Source: Corallochytrium limacisporum Hawaii
Taxonomy: Eukaryota > Protista > Pluriformea
Direction of reading: 5' to 3'
DNA: 64,000 nucleotides
Assembly (NCBI GenBank): GCA_002811645.1
Contig: PDIP01000026.1
Coordinates: 196,367 to 260,366 of the forward strand
Of the stretch, positions 41,890 to 53,510 are shown piece after piece. Position numbers and translations under genes: made by a program. The notes beneath the pieces are model-generated. The model did no database searches, had not been told where the DNA came from, and saw only the letters and a list, made by a program, of their open reading frames with translations. Within the stretch, counting starts at the first letter, position 1; every line of letters begins with the position of its first letter.

Positions 41890-43882
41890 TACCATATAGT
41901 GGGATGCAACCTTATCCTGTGGCGGAATCCATGTCTGCAACGTTCAAAAACACACTTCAAATACTAAAGTATGGTACCGCGGGCGCAGTAGGTGCGCATC
42001 TACATACTACACTAGGTGACAAAGGTCTCAAGAGCTCTGTGTGTTAGAACAGCCAATATTAAATAGTAGTCTTGTTATCTATCTCAACCGCATCATCTTC
42101 GTCATCCACTTTAAAGAACTCTTTTGAAAAGCGGTAGCCGCTGTGACGGGGGTCCAAACACGATTTCTACAGCTCCTTGGCACTATTGCTGTGTAGTCAG
42201 ATTTACATGAAACGGGAGCACGTCCCTGCATTTGGGTGCATTTCAATCGGCCCATTGCCAGTCCTCACAACAGCAGCGCCAAAGTTATGCCCGCGAACAT
42301 CTGGAGTAGCAAAAAAGGTGAACGAGGACCGGGGAGTGGGCGAAGGGCGTTTCGCGACCAGGCTCGTCCTCTGCAAATTTTATCCCATTGACCCAGTATA
42401 AGAAATTTGTGGCTTGGCTGCTTGGATGCGAATCCTTTCATTTCTGTCGTGTGTCATTGCTTTTCCGTTCGGACTCGAAACCCAACCAACCCGACCACCC
42501 CCGCTCCCCCACTTCCTCGTGCTGGGCACCACCGCGATACACACACAACCGCCCGTTTCCTTCCGAAGAAAACTTTAAGCAGTCGGGGCCGGAAAAAAGC
42601 CATCCGCAAAAAGGTCAAAGGGAGCTGGACCCCGGGGTGGGTTGGGGGGAGGAGAGAGGGGAACGTAGGTGGTGAAAATTGATTTTTTGGTGGGAACCCC
42701 CCGAGGGCGGGGGGGAGAGGGGGTGTTGGTGTCTCGTTTCGTCTTTTGCCGTTTGAACCACCACAAGGGAAAATAAAAAGAGAGAGGAGAAAATGGTTTA
42801 TAAAACAAGAGATTCCCTTTCTTGTAACCGTAGCATTATTAAATCGGGGCTAAGGTCTTCTGTTGAGTTGCGTGGCGGAACCCGCGGGCGGCTTCAATTG
42901 CGTTTTTGTACTTGTTACCCAGACGGCCCCCCCCCCCCGGTGGAGGAATCCGTCATGAACAGGGAAATTCCGTCCAGACGGCCACTGCTAGCGGTCTCCC
43001 CCAGATACGTTATCGTCTCAGTAGTGTGCGTGAAATGCGCTGTCGGTGTGTCATTTCTCTAACGGTCCGGACGGTCAGTCAGCCCTTTGGCAAGACCAGC
43101 AACGACGGGCTTCCGTAGTCCATGGATCTTTGTTAGGGCGGGTAAAGTGGCTGACACAATATTTGCCAGCCATCGGTAGTTTCAGTGGAATGCGTTTTGA
43201 GTTACACTACGTTGACCCGGAAGGAACGCAGTTTCTTGTCGTTCCTTCGAGTCCTACCATCCTCCGTTCGGTAGAGCGCCCTCACACTCAGGGCCTGTGT
43301 ACCTTTCCATCCCTTCCCCCGGCAACCAGTGGAATGTCCAACCTGCCAACCTGGAGTAAATGTACAGAGGTTTGTGCACAGAAGGTTTGGCTTGAACGGA
43401 AGGCGCAGCACCGCGAAGGCGGGGTAAGGTGTGAGAGGTCCATGAGAGCGACTGCAAAGGTGTAGCAGAAACTTCGGCCGCTATCTATGGACATCCAGTG
43501 ATGAGGGTGGCTTTCCAGCAGTAAGGAAACTATCACTCTTTCCGCGGATCCACAGAACGGTGCATGTGCGACTAGGAAGGCACAGAGTTCTTTTTTCATC
43601 TCTCCGCGCAGCCACTTATCTAGAATTTCGTCAGCAACTCACACTTACTATCACTTCGTTGGGATGTCTAATGAGCCTGCGGATTAGACAAGCACTGACA
43701 AAAGCGAAACACCGATGCACTAGCATGACCAAAGAGCATGCTGTAGCAACGATAGTGTCCAGAATAATACGTAAGTGACCCTTATCGATCTATCGGGCTT
43801 GCCCGCCATTAACGGCGATGTCACTTTGTATTGATTTTCGCTGTCTTCTTGGAGTGACTAAAACGTGTCCCATAAATCGATT

Positions 43883-43939
43883 AATTCGGGGCCTATATTC
43901 ACCGAGCAACGACAATAACATTAAATTAGGCCCCCAATT
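43883..43939. repeat. ~55-bp element bounded by inverted GGGGCCTA copies
   Basis: aattcGGGGCCTAtatt...aaatTAGGCCCCcaatt. Confidence 0.55.
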
Positions 43940-44209
43940 CCCTCGCAAAAGCCGAGCCGGCCCCTGGCTCATGTGCCCCCACTTTTCCACTGTGCACAAG
44001 TGTTGATGTTGCTTTTGTGTACACAGCGGACAAGTGAGCGTGAGTCGTTTTCATTTCCAGTCTCTACTATTTCACTGTACCTAGCTGACCTCTAAATTTT
44101 GAGGAACCGATCAATACAATGCACATAAGGAACATCGCCCGGGTCTGTACACCAAAACGAGGGAAATGATTAGTTGATAACAGTTACGAGAGTACATGAC
44201 ATCCTAGTC

Positions 44210-47200
44210 ATGGCGTCGCTATATTCCCTTAGCAAGACGGTGATACCGTCAACGACAGTGAACAATGGTACACCATGCTGGATCTTGCCACATGAAAGGA
44301 GGCGAAGCGATTTCGAGACACAAATTGCGCTCGCGAAGCACAACGTCCTGGACATTTTGGACGTCAGAAAAGTTGGGACAGGGGGCGTAAAGCTGAGTTT
44401 ATTTGCACGTTTCACTTTCCCTACAGAAATTTTTAATGTCTATCGGGTCGCACGTCCTTTTCTTCCGAAGGATCAGAACTGTGATGTCCTTTTATTGCAC
44501 ATGCGGGATGACAACTTTGCATGCGTTGAGTATGACCCATCTCGTCACGATTTGCGAAACGTTTCGTTGCACCATTTTGGTTATGCCGCCGTGTATGGGG
44601 GAAGACGGCATTTACAGGGACCCAAATTTATGCGCATGGACCCATTGAACAAAGTTCTGGTCTCCATGCTGGGTAGTCGACGATTGGCCGTGTTTCCTGT
44701 GCTCGATGAAAGCGATGATACATTGACCCAGGCCGAACTGAGCGGGAAGGTGCGCGGACCCGTATTTGGCGCCACCTATTTGTTAAACTTGGATTCGATT
44801 GTTGAAGAGACCGGTGTGATTATGGACATGTGTTTTCTGCATGGTTACACGATCCCAACATTGGCCATTCTGCAAGAAGCCAACACACCTGCGTGGAGTG
44901 GAAAGCTGAACCCGTCGAACGATAGCATGACCATTTCGGTCATTTCATTTGACTTAGCATTACGGAAACATACCGTAATTTGGAGTGTAAAGCGGTTGCC
45001 GTATGATTGTTTGGCAATTGAACCAGTACCGAGACCTTTGGGGGGTTTGTTGCTGTTGTGCAAGAGTGCGTGTGTGTACCTTGACCAGGGAAAGCCCCCA
45101 CTCGGTGTCTTCCTCAATCACACTTGCGCCACCAAGTACCCAGACCTCAATCTCACTGCAAACAAATCAAAACCTTTCCGGCTTGTCGATCCACGGTTGC
45201 ACCGGTTGGATATGGACCGGTATGTCATTGGGACTGCGACTGGTGAGATATTTTCAGTTCGACTGCACGGCGATAGTCGAACATGTCGGGGAATGCAGGT
45301 TCAAAAAGTTGGACAGAGCGTACCATGCACTGAAATGTTCCGCGTTGATGACGATCACGTTTTTATTGTCAGTCAGTCCGGCAACAGCATGCTGGTAAAG
45401 GTGGTGAAACAGTACGGCAGTGGCACCGAGGTCAAAACTGAGGAGCAGAACGGTGAAGAAGATGGACCGTCTGTCAAGAAGCTGAAGTTGGATGATGTTA
45501 AGATCAAAGAAGAAGACGCAGACGGGGACGATGAGGATGAAAGACTCTTCTATGATGATGAAGAGGACAACCGGGGCCGTAGCAATGGAACAGTAGGTGG
45601 CACTGGATCCGAGTTTGTCTACACATTCCAAGTCCAGGACCAGATCCTTAATTTGGGGCCGGTCAAGGGCGTGTCCATCGGTGAGCGCCTGAACATTAGC
45701 CGCAGTTTTATGGACGAGACGAACCCACAGGTTGACTACGTTGCAACCGCCGGAGGTGGCCGTAGTGGTTCACTGCTGGTTGTCAGTATGCACCATATTC
45801 CTCAGGTTGTCACGACCTTCGAGCTGCCCACTTACTACAGTGTCTTCAGTGTTCCGGGAGCGGCGAGTTCGGTCAGTGACGCCTATAGCGGCAACACTGC
45901 GCCCACGTCCCTCATTCCCCATCACACGCATTTACTGCTCAGTAGCAACTCTCGAACAGCTGTTTTGAGCTGTGGTGATGAGTTTACAGAGGTGAACAAC
46001 GTAGGTTTCGTGCAGACGGAGTCCACAATTGGTCTGGTGCAGGTGCACCGGGTCAAGAATTGGGTGGTGCAAATCACAAAAACGCGCTTGGTGCTGATTG
46101 ATGTGCCGGGGAAAAAGAAGCTGAGTGAGACCAATCTGCCGGCTGGAAAGACTCTCCGGAATTATAGCGGTGCTGGCCACCGCGTCCTCCTAGTATGGCA
46201 TGATGGTAGCATAACCTTGGCTGAAGTAAACATCACGGCCAAGGGTAGGAGCAAACCTAAGGTCGGTCTCACCGATGTGGCCTCGAATCTGGCAGACATG
46301 ACAGCTGTGTTCATGTACTTCGACGAAGATGGGTTCCTCGGTGGCTGGCAGGACCGCTTTCATGCCGAAGGAGTGTCAGCGGGAGCGAAAGGAGCTGCCG
46401 GTAAGGCTACCGACAAGGATGGAGCGGCGCCCACAACGCAGGAGGACGACCTGGACGACGAGGATGCCCTGTTGTACGGCGATGACGACGATGATGATGC
46501 CGTACCAGTAGGTGCCAAAGAGGATGAAGAGGATGACAGAACTGTGAAGGATGAAGGCAAAGGTATCGAAGCACATTCCCACCGTGCCACGTATATTTTC
46601 GGTATCACCAAGGACGATCGACTGACTATTGTGTCCCTTCCAGACTTTGAAGTCGTCTATCGGTCCAATTCTATGCAAAACAATGTTAAATGCCTGCGCA
46701 ATCTGAAGATTGGTGCGAAAGCGCTTGACATTCCGGACGCGCATCTCGATGAGGATGCCAAGCTCTCTCCGCCGGTGGAGATCTGTGTGGCCCCCATGGG
46801 CTTCAGGTCTCGTCCCGTCGTGATCGTGTTGCGTGCCTCTGGACAGCTGAATATGTTCGAAGCGATCGATTTCGTCCCTCACTATGTTGACATTCAGGCG
46901 CTTAGGAGTCTGCAGACCGATGTGTCCACCGTTGCCGATGACAACCATGACCGGCCCACAAAGGGAGCTGTCCCCCTGCGGTTCATTTCGGTCGGTTCCG
47001 ACTATCTGCGTCAATTGGATACGTCGGAGGCGGATGATGAGGCACAGAAAGTCTTCTTCAACCCCGAAGAAGAGGACGATGTCATGAAGGCGCAGACAGA
47101 GATGAAGGAAGCCAAGAAATTCAAGGGTGTAAACCTGTTGGTGCCCTTTACCAAACTAGCTGCATCAGACGGCAGCCGCATCCGGGGTGCTTTGGTGCTT

Positions 47201-48712
47201 GGAGAGTATCCGACATGGGTCTTCCTCACGAATAAGAACGGTGCGCAGGTACAGCCGATTGCACTGGAAGCATCCGTGCAATCTTTTGCCCCACTTCACA
47301 ACGTCAATGTGCCTTTCGGCTACTGCTACTTCAATGCTCGCGGGTCGCTGAGGATCTGCCAGATTCGCAGCAACAGTCTCACGCAATTTCCGCTGCCTCT
47401 GCTCAAGGTACCCTTGCGCAGCAATAGCCACGGCCTGGCGTACCATCCGGAATCCAAGACCTACGTCGTCATCACTAGCACGCCACAGAGATGGAAGGAT
47501 GCGCCTCGCATGAACAACGAAGAACGCCTGCGGGAAGTCCGCGAGGAGGAGGAGTTGCCGGAGATGTTCGCATATCCCACAGAAGAAGTCTACACAGTAA
47601 AACTGGTCTCACCTCTGAACTGGACGGTCATTGATGAGCACGAAATGCGGCCCCTAGAGCGAGTGGTGGACGTAAAGGCGGTCAGCCTCAAGTCCCAGAC
47701 CGCTGGAGGTCAGCTTCGTGAATTTGTAGCCGTGTCCACAGTGGGTGCGGCCGGCGAAGCCTGCAGTGCTCGGGGTCGGGTGCTGATTTTCCAGATCATT
47801 GCCGTAAACCCACAGCCAGGTCGTCCCGAAACGAATCACAAGCTTAAATTGCTCTACGACAAGGAGCAACGTGGTCCAGTGACGCAGATCCATGATTGTG
47901 GGGGCCATCTTATGACCAACATCGGCCAGAAGATCATTGTGCAGGAATTCGAGGATAGTGGAGATACGAAGCTCAGCGGACGTGCGTTCGTGGACACACA
48001 GATATACCTGAACAATATCATTGTGCACGGTCAGGTAGCAGCGGTTAGTGACATTTATTGTGGGGTTCGCCTACTACACTACGCACAAGAAGATAAGACC
48101 TTGGCCCTCGCGTCCCGGGACCCCCACCATCGTCTGACCTACCACCTGAATTGGTTCGTGGAGGGCAAGAATCTCGCCATCCTGTCCACCGACGAAGATG
48201 GCAACTGTTACGTACAGACCTACGAGCCGCTGAACACGGAAACGGATTTTGGAAGCTATTTATACCCGCGCATTGCCTTCAACATCGGTGATGCCTACGG
48301 TGCAGGCACGCGCTATCGTTGTAATCCTTCCATAGACCCGAAGACCGGCCAAGTCCGTCTCTCGACCCGCCATGCCAACCTCCTAGGCAGCGTGTCCGGT
48401 TCATTCGCAGTGGTCCTGCCTATCCCGGAAAAGTCTTACCGCCGTCTGAACTTTATGCAAAACAAACTGCGTGATGTCATTGAACCGTTGGCTGGCCTAA
48501 ACTTCAAGGGTGCTCGCCTTTTGAGAAGCAAAGACCGCAGCTTGAGTGGCACCATGGCCAACTACATTGACGGAGATCTGGTCTGGCGTTTCCGCAATCT
48601 CCCAAGCCGCATTCAGTCCAACCTAGCGAAACAATACGGCACCAAAATTGCCACTATCATGGACGAGGATCTCCTGGCCACCCAGAGAGCTTTCCGTCCA
48701 TCTGCGCTGTAA
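44210..48712 (+). CDS. CPSF1: Cleavage and polyadenylation specificity factor subunit 1 (CPSF160)
   Basis: ~1500 aa beta-propeller protein: EYDPSRHDLRNVSLHHF, DMCFLHGYTIPTLAIL, FAPLHNVNVPFG, VNPQPGRPETNHKLKLLYDKEQRGPVT, IDGDLVWRF. ATG at 44210. Confidence 0.95.
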   Translation: MASLYSLSKTVIPSTTVNNGTPCWILPHERRRSDFETQIALAKHNVLDILDVRKVGTGGVKLSLFARFTFPTEIFNVYRVARPFLPKDQNCDVLLLHMRDDNFACVEYDPSRHDLRNVSLHHFGYAAVYGGRRHLQGPKFMRMDPLNKVLVSMLGSRRLAVFPVLDESDDTLTQAELSGKVRGPVFGATYLLNLDSIVEETGVIMDMCFLHGYTIPTLAILQEANTPAWSGKLNPSNDSMTISVISFDLALRKHTVIWSVKRLPYDCLAIEPVPRPLGGLLLLCKSACVYLDQGKPPLGVFLNHTCATKYPDLNLTANKSKPFRLVDPRLHRLDMDRYVIGTATGEIFSVRLHGDSRTCRGMQVQKVGQSVPCTEMFRVDDDHVFIVSQSGNSMLVKVVKQYGSGTEVKTEEQNGEEDGPSVKKLKLDDVKIKEEDADGDDEDERLFYDDEEDNRGRSNGTVGGTGSEFVYTFQVQDQILNLGPVKGVSIGERLNISRSFMDETNPQVDYVATAGGGRSGSLLVVSMHHIPQVVTTFELPTYYSVFSVPGAASSVSDAYSGNTAPTSLIPHHTHLLLSSNSRTAVLSCGDEFTEVNNVGFVQTESTIGLVQVHRVKNWVVQITKTRLVLIDVPGKKKLSETNLPAGKTLRNYSGAGHRVLLVWHDGSITLAEVNITAKGRSKPKVGLTDVASNLADMTAVFMYFDEDGFLGGWQDRFHAEGVSAGAKGAAGKATDKDGAAPTTQEDDLDDEDALLYGDDDDDDAVPVGAKEDEEDDRTVKDEGKGIEAHSHRATYIFGITKDDRLTIVSLPDFEVVYRSNSMQNNVKCLRNLKIGAKALDIPDAHLDEDAKLSPPVEICVAPMGFRSRPVVIVLRASGQLNMFEAIDFVPHYVDIQALRSLQTDVSTVADDNHDRPTKGAVPLRFISVGSDYLRQLDTSEADDEAQKVFFNPEEEDDVMKAQTEMKEAKKFKGVNLLVPFTKLAASDGSRIRGALVLGEYPTWVFLTNKNGAQVQPIALEASVQSFAPLHNVNVPFGYCYFNARGSLRICQIRSNSLTQFPLPLLKVPLRSNSHGLAYHPESKTYVVITSTPQRWKDAPRMNNEERLREVREEEELPEMFAYPTEEVYTVKLVSPLNWTVIDEHEMRPLERVVDVKAVSLKSQTAGGQLREFVAVSTVGAAGEACSARGRVLIFQIIAVNPQPGRPETNHKLKLLYDKEQRGPVTQIHDCGGHLMTNIGQKIIVQEFEDSGDTKLSGRAFVDTQIYLNNIIVHGQVAAVSDIYCGVRLLHYAQEDKTLALASRDPHHRLTYHLNWFVEGKNLAILSTDEDGNCYVQTYEPLNTETDFGSYLYPRIAFNIGDAYGAGTRYRCNPSIDPKTGQVRLSTRHANLLGSVSGSFAVVLPIPEKSYRRLNFMQNKLRDVIEPLAGLNFKGARLLRSKDRSLSGTMANYIDGDLVWRFRNLPSRIQSNLAKQYGTKIATIMDEDLLATQRAFRPSAL

Positions 48713-49059
48713 ATGCGTTCAAACATTTTCGTAGAATAGATTCGAACTAAACTCGACGTCCATATCACTCGCGCCGAGGGTCCCCGTACCCTCCTTCCGT
48801 CCCTACCCACCCGCGATACCTCTCCCTCTCTCTCTCTTCCCTCTCCCTCGTTCTTTCCCGCCAACAGAACCAACCCACCCGCGTGGCGTAATTCGATGAA
48901 TGGTTGGTAGCGCAAGCAAAGACCGGGGCGACGCCCCGCAGTGTATCCACCGCGGGCCTGTGCTTTCTTGTGCGGCGGGTATACGAGCAAAGGTTGCGCT
49001 CTCATTTGCGTTTCTTGGCGCGGTGAACGTATACACACAGCCGAAGTAGCGAGAGAGTG

Positions 49060-49082
49060 TCGCACACACACACGCATGCACG

Positions 49083-49140
<58 letters not shown>

Positions 49141-49293
49141 NNNNNNNNNNNNNNNNNNNNNNNNNNNNNNNNNNNNNNNNNNNNNNNNNNNNNNNNNNNN
49201 NNNNNNNNNNNNNNNNNNNNNNNNNNNNNNNNNNNNNNNNNNNNNNNNNNNNNNNNNNNNNNNNNNNNNNNNNNNNNNNNNNNNNNNNGCACG

Positions 49294-49349
<56 letters not shown>
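49060..49349. repeat. (CA)n microsatellite spanning gap 49141-49288
   Basis: Seen directly. Confidence 0.95.
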
Positions 49350-49354
<5 letters not shown>

Positions 49355-49906
49355 ACAGAGTACGCCGGGGAAAAATGGGGGGCATTACCCAAAAACCCCT
49401 CTCTCGCCGCCGCCCTTGGGCGCGCGCCAATCTCGACCCGGCCCCTTCCTTCAACACACGCGGAACAGGGGCCTTGGGGGGGGGGGGGGGGGGGGAAGGG
49501 ATCCAAAAGGCAATGACGTGACCCGCCCCGTGTATTCACTATGGAAGTGTCCGTTTCAAAACGAAGAAAAAGAAAGAACGAAGAACTGCCAAACGGGCTT
49601 TCCTCCTCCCCCGGCCCCCCCCCGGGGGGGGATGTGACCACAGCGTCTCTCCACTTTTTCATAATAAAACAATGGAATCAGAGCAGAACACTCATAGGTC
49701 CCAACCACAAAATCCCTACTTTTTGTAAAAAATATGGAAACTCCCGTCTGTCTCTAATCTCCTCCATCCTTCCTCCTCCCGGCCGGTTTCCGGCGTTCGA
49801 CGCAGCAGGCCCGCCCCCCGGGAGAGAGAGAGAGAGAGGGAGAGAGTTTTTTCCGGAAGGAAAGAAGGAAAAAGGAAGTAAGGAAAAAAAAATTGGGACA
49901 AAAAAG

Positions 49907-49907
<1 letters not shown>

Positions 49908-49965
<58 letters not shown>
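49908..49965. repeat. (CA)n microsatellite
   Basis: Seen directly. Confidence 0.95.
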
Positions 49966-49966
<1 letters not shown>

Positions 49967-50395
49967 TCTTTCATCACGGACAGGTTGTGTAAACAAATGA
50001 GTAAGAGGGGCATGCGAGTGTGTAGATGTGGCTATGTTTAAGCACCGGTGTACGGGATGCGAAAGAGATGGGAACGACATGCGACCATTGGGGCAGTGAG
50101 CATTGCTGGTGCATTTGACATGATAGCGATGAGGTAGCGGGGCGGGGTTTTGTGCGCTGTGCGTAGCCAAGACATCGCTAATGGTACGAAGGATTTCGTA
50201 TTCATAATACTGGAAGTTTGTGTGTTTGCCATGGATATCCGCGCAGCGCATTGGCACACATCAGCGCTTTTCCTCAAGTTGTGTCCCCAATCTTTTCTGT
50301 GCTGCCGTTTGTGATTCTGTTACTGCCAAGTCGACACATCCGCAACGTCTTTACGGAATGTGGTTCAGCAATCCAAACATTCAATATCAATACCG

Positions 50396-50426
<31 letters not shown>

Positions 50427-50460
50427 CATCATCTTCACCACCACCATCGTCATCTTCATG
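50396..50460. repeat. (ATC)n/(ACC)n trinucleotide tract
   Basis: catcatcatc...caccaccac. Confidence 0.85.
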
Positions 50461-51000
50461 ATCGAGCAAGAGCTTATGATATTGCCTGCCGGCGACATCA
50501 ATCACCCGCGAGCGGTCGAGTGTGCTGACACACAAGAATTTGGATCGCATCGATCGTCAAGGGCTGCTAGCGGTATTGTTGGCACAGCAGTCCGACCCCC
50601 ACCGCTGCCGTTTTCCTCGTACCGCCGCAGGACAACCCTTCATACGGAATACCAAAAGCAATTTGCCATGGCCATTCGTCCTGCCAGTTGATTTCCAGTG
50701 ATGAACATATTTGCAAAACCATTGCCTTTTAGTGGTCCACAACTGTGCCTCTTCACCATTTTCGTTTTCGGTCGTCCGTTCCTTGTGGTTTTCCGGATTC
50801 TTAGCGGGTCATTTGAAGACGCATGGCTTTGGCTTTTGCACAGTGCGCGCGCGGTCTTCTTAAAATGTTTGCTGTTGCTGCCCAAAGGTTGTTGTGTGCC
50901 CAAACAAAATGTCCAGGGTGTGCGATCCGGACGGGTCTGTGGCTGTGTCACGAGCAGAGGGGCTAAAGTTTACGAAGGGCGGACCTCGAGACACCCACCC

Positions 51001-51006
51001 ACACAG

Positions 51007-51038
<32 letters not shown>

Positions 51039-51039
51039 G

Positions 51040-51097
<58 letters not shown>

Positions 51098-51182
51098 NNN
51101 NNNNNNNNNNNNNNNNNNNNNNNNNNNNNNNNNNNNNNNNNNNNNNNNNNNNNNNNNNNNNNNNNNNNNNNNNNNNNNNNNN

Positions 51183-51238
<56 letters not shown>

Positions 51239-51245
51239 CACACAC
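51001..51245. repeat. (CA)n microsatellite spanning gap 51098-51182
   Basis: Seen directly. Confidence 0.95.
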
Positions 51246-52827
51246 GCTCTCACGCTCTCTTCTCTCTTCTCGCGCTTGCTCTCTCGCTTGGACGAAAGTT
51301 GCGGCGGTGGGGAATGTGGCACCGGCACTCGGCCGGCCACAAGCCAAAACGAGAAAACATAAAATGTCCGACGCCCATCCTTCCTTGGGCAACGTCTGCT
51401 GGTTTATTTTCTTTTTGGGCACGGGCCGGAGGTATGTTGCCGGCTTGGAAAATATTTTAGAACCTTTAATACCGGCTGTGCGGCTGGGAGAGAGCCATTT
51501 GGTCACGCGAAGTGGAGACGGGAGGAAGTGTGTTGGATTTTACGAGTTCGGCCAGGAGGGCACGGGCGTGTCAGGCTATACAGCTAAGGCCCAGCTCTGC
51601 CAGGCAAACGGCTTTCTCCTTTAGGGTGTCGACGCGCCGAGTTTAGAGTAATGCCTGGGCTCGTGTTCTGATCCCAAGAACAGAACACTCCCCCCGAATT
51701 GTTGCGTTTGCTTGTCACAGTGCGTAAAACTGTGCAACCAAACCGGAACCGAGAGCCGCAGTGGCACCCGTTCACAAAGACATACAGCTGCGAAGCGGAG
51801 ACAAAGAGGGCAAACGAACGTCCCTATGCGGTCTCTTGAAACTTGTTGCTTGCGATCTTGGTTTGATGGATGCATGGCGAATTGATTAGCTGCACCGATG
51901 GTTTCCCCTCGTTTCGTCCGAATGAACACCCGAGACCGGGCCGAGTGGGCGACTGGGGAATCCTCTTCCGGTAATGTGCGTTGCATCATCAGTATCATAG
52001 TCACCATCACTTTCCCTATTCAAGACAAGGGTACTACCACCCAAGATTTGCTGGATCCTTTGCTACGAATGGCCATGTTCCAACATGTTTGTGACCCCAA
52101 CCCCCCGGGGGCCTCTGTGCAAACCATCCAATCCCAACCGGTCCCATGGCGAACGGACATCTGCCATAGGTCTGAACCGTAGGTATACTCGCAGCCCACT
52201 GTCCGCTGTCCTCTCCTTGGAACTTCCACAGTACGAGATCAGCACTTCCTCACCAGGACCATAAATGAACCGTGATCGCACATTCTCTCTTTGTGACGCT
52301 TTACGCACCACCGACCAGTCAGTGACGTGTATTCAGTTCCCAGTCGGTGGTGACGTGTATTCAGTACTTGGAACCAAAACCTAAAAAAAAAAAAGGGAAG
52401 GGAAAAAGGAAAAAAAAGGAGAGAAAGAATAAATATTCTCTGGGCTCCAAGGGGAATTTGAGTTTTATCGCTAGAGGGCCCCATCTTCCCTGTCGGCAAG
52501 ATGATATCAACATTTTGGCGGCCCTTAAAGGTTATATAGGTCCTATTGTTGCCTCCTGCTCAAGCGACAGTACTAAATATATTACTACTTTTGCACGAAA
52601 GCGGCTAAATCACATGGAATGAACAAAAATCAGAGGGGACCCACGGACCGACCGACTTTGTCGCGGACGGGACACGGCGGGGTGGAAGAAGCGGGCCCGA
52701 TCATTGGCTGGGACCAGGGGCAACATTGTGGACTCAGTACATTTAGTATACAGTGGGGCGGGTGCGAAACGGGGGAGGGGAGGAGGGTGGGGCGTTTCCG
52801 ACTTTGAAAGGGGCCGCTGCGGCCCCC

Positions 52828-53070
52828 NNNNNNNNNNNNNNNNNNNNNNNNNNNNNNNNNNNNNNNNNNNNNNNNNNNNNNNNNNNNNNNNNNNNNNNNN
52901 NNNNNNNNNNNNNNNNNNNNNNNNNNNNNNNNNNNNNNNNNNNNNNNNNNNNNNNNNNNNNNNNNNNNNNNNNNNNNNNNNNNNNNNNNNNNNNNNNNNN
53001 NNNNNNNNNNNNNNNNNNNNNNNNNNNNNNNNNNNNNNNNNNNNNNNNNNNNNNNNNNNNNNNNNNNNNN
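52828..53070. other. Assembly gap
   Basis: N run; left edge abuts the hairpin ggggccgc-t-gcggcccc (52810-52826). Confidence 1.
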
Positions 53071-53510
53071 GGGGGACGCGCGCCCCGCCGGGGGAAGGCG
53101 GGCGGTGAGGGGCAGATGTCCAAGCTTGGAGGGGCACGCTGTTGCTCAAAACCCGAACCCGCCGTTCGGATGGTGCGCACGAACGGGTTTTAGTGGGCCC
53201 CGTAATGTGTGTTTTTATTATTTGGGCATCCTTAGTGAATAGACTCCCTTAAGATGTCCATATGGAGCCCTATATTCTGTTTGCCATGGACATGTGTCGC
53301 TCACTCTGGGGGTGTATGTCTCGCCTTCTCACCAGTACGCACCAACAGGATCTTGATATCACACAGTGGGTTCCATGAACATTCGGAACCGACGATGTTG
53401 ATGAATTGGTTTATGTGCAGAAACAAAATCATAAAACTCTATGTTGGACAAACTTGCTAAAGCAGATCCGAAAACCTGCATCTGGCCCCAAGATGCAAAC
53501 CTCGACCTTT

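Noticed and set aside
48613-53193. ORFs with poly-CV/HT and X runs
   Set aside because: Translations of (CA)n microsatellites and N gaps.
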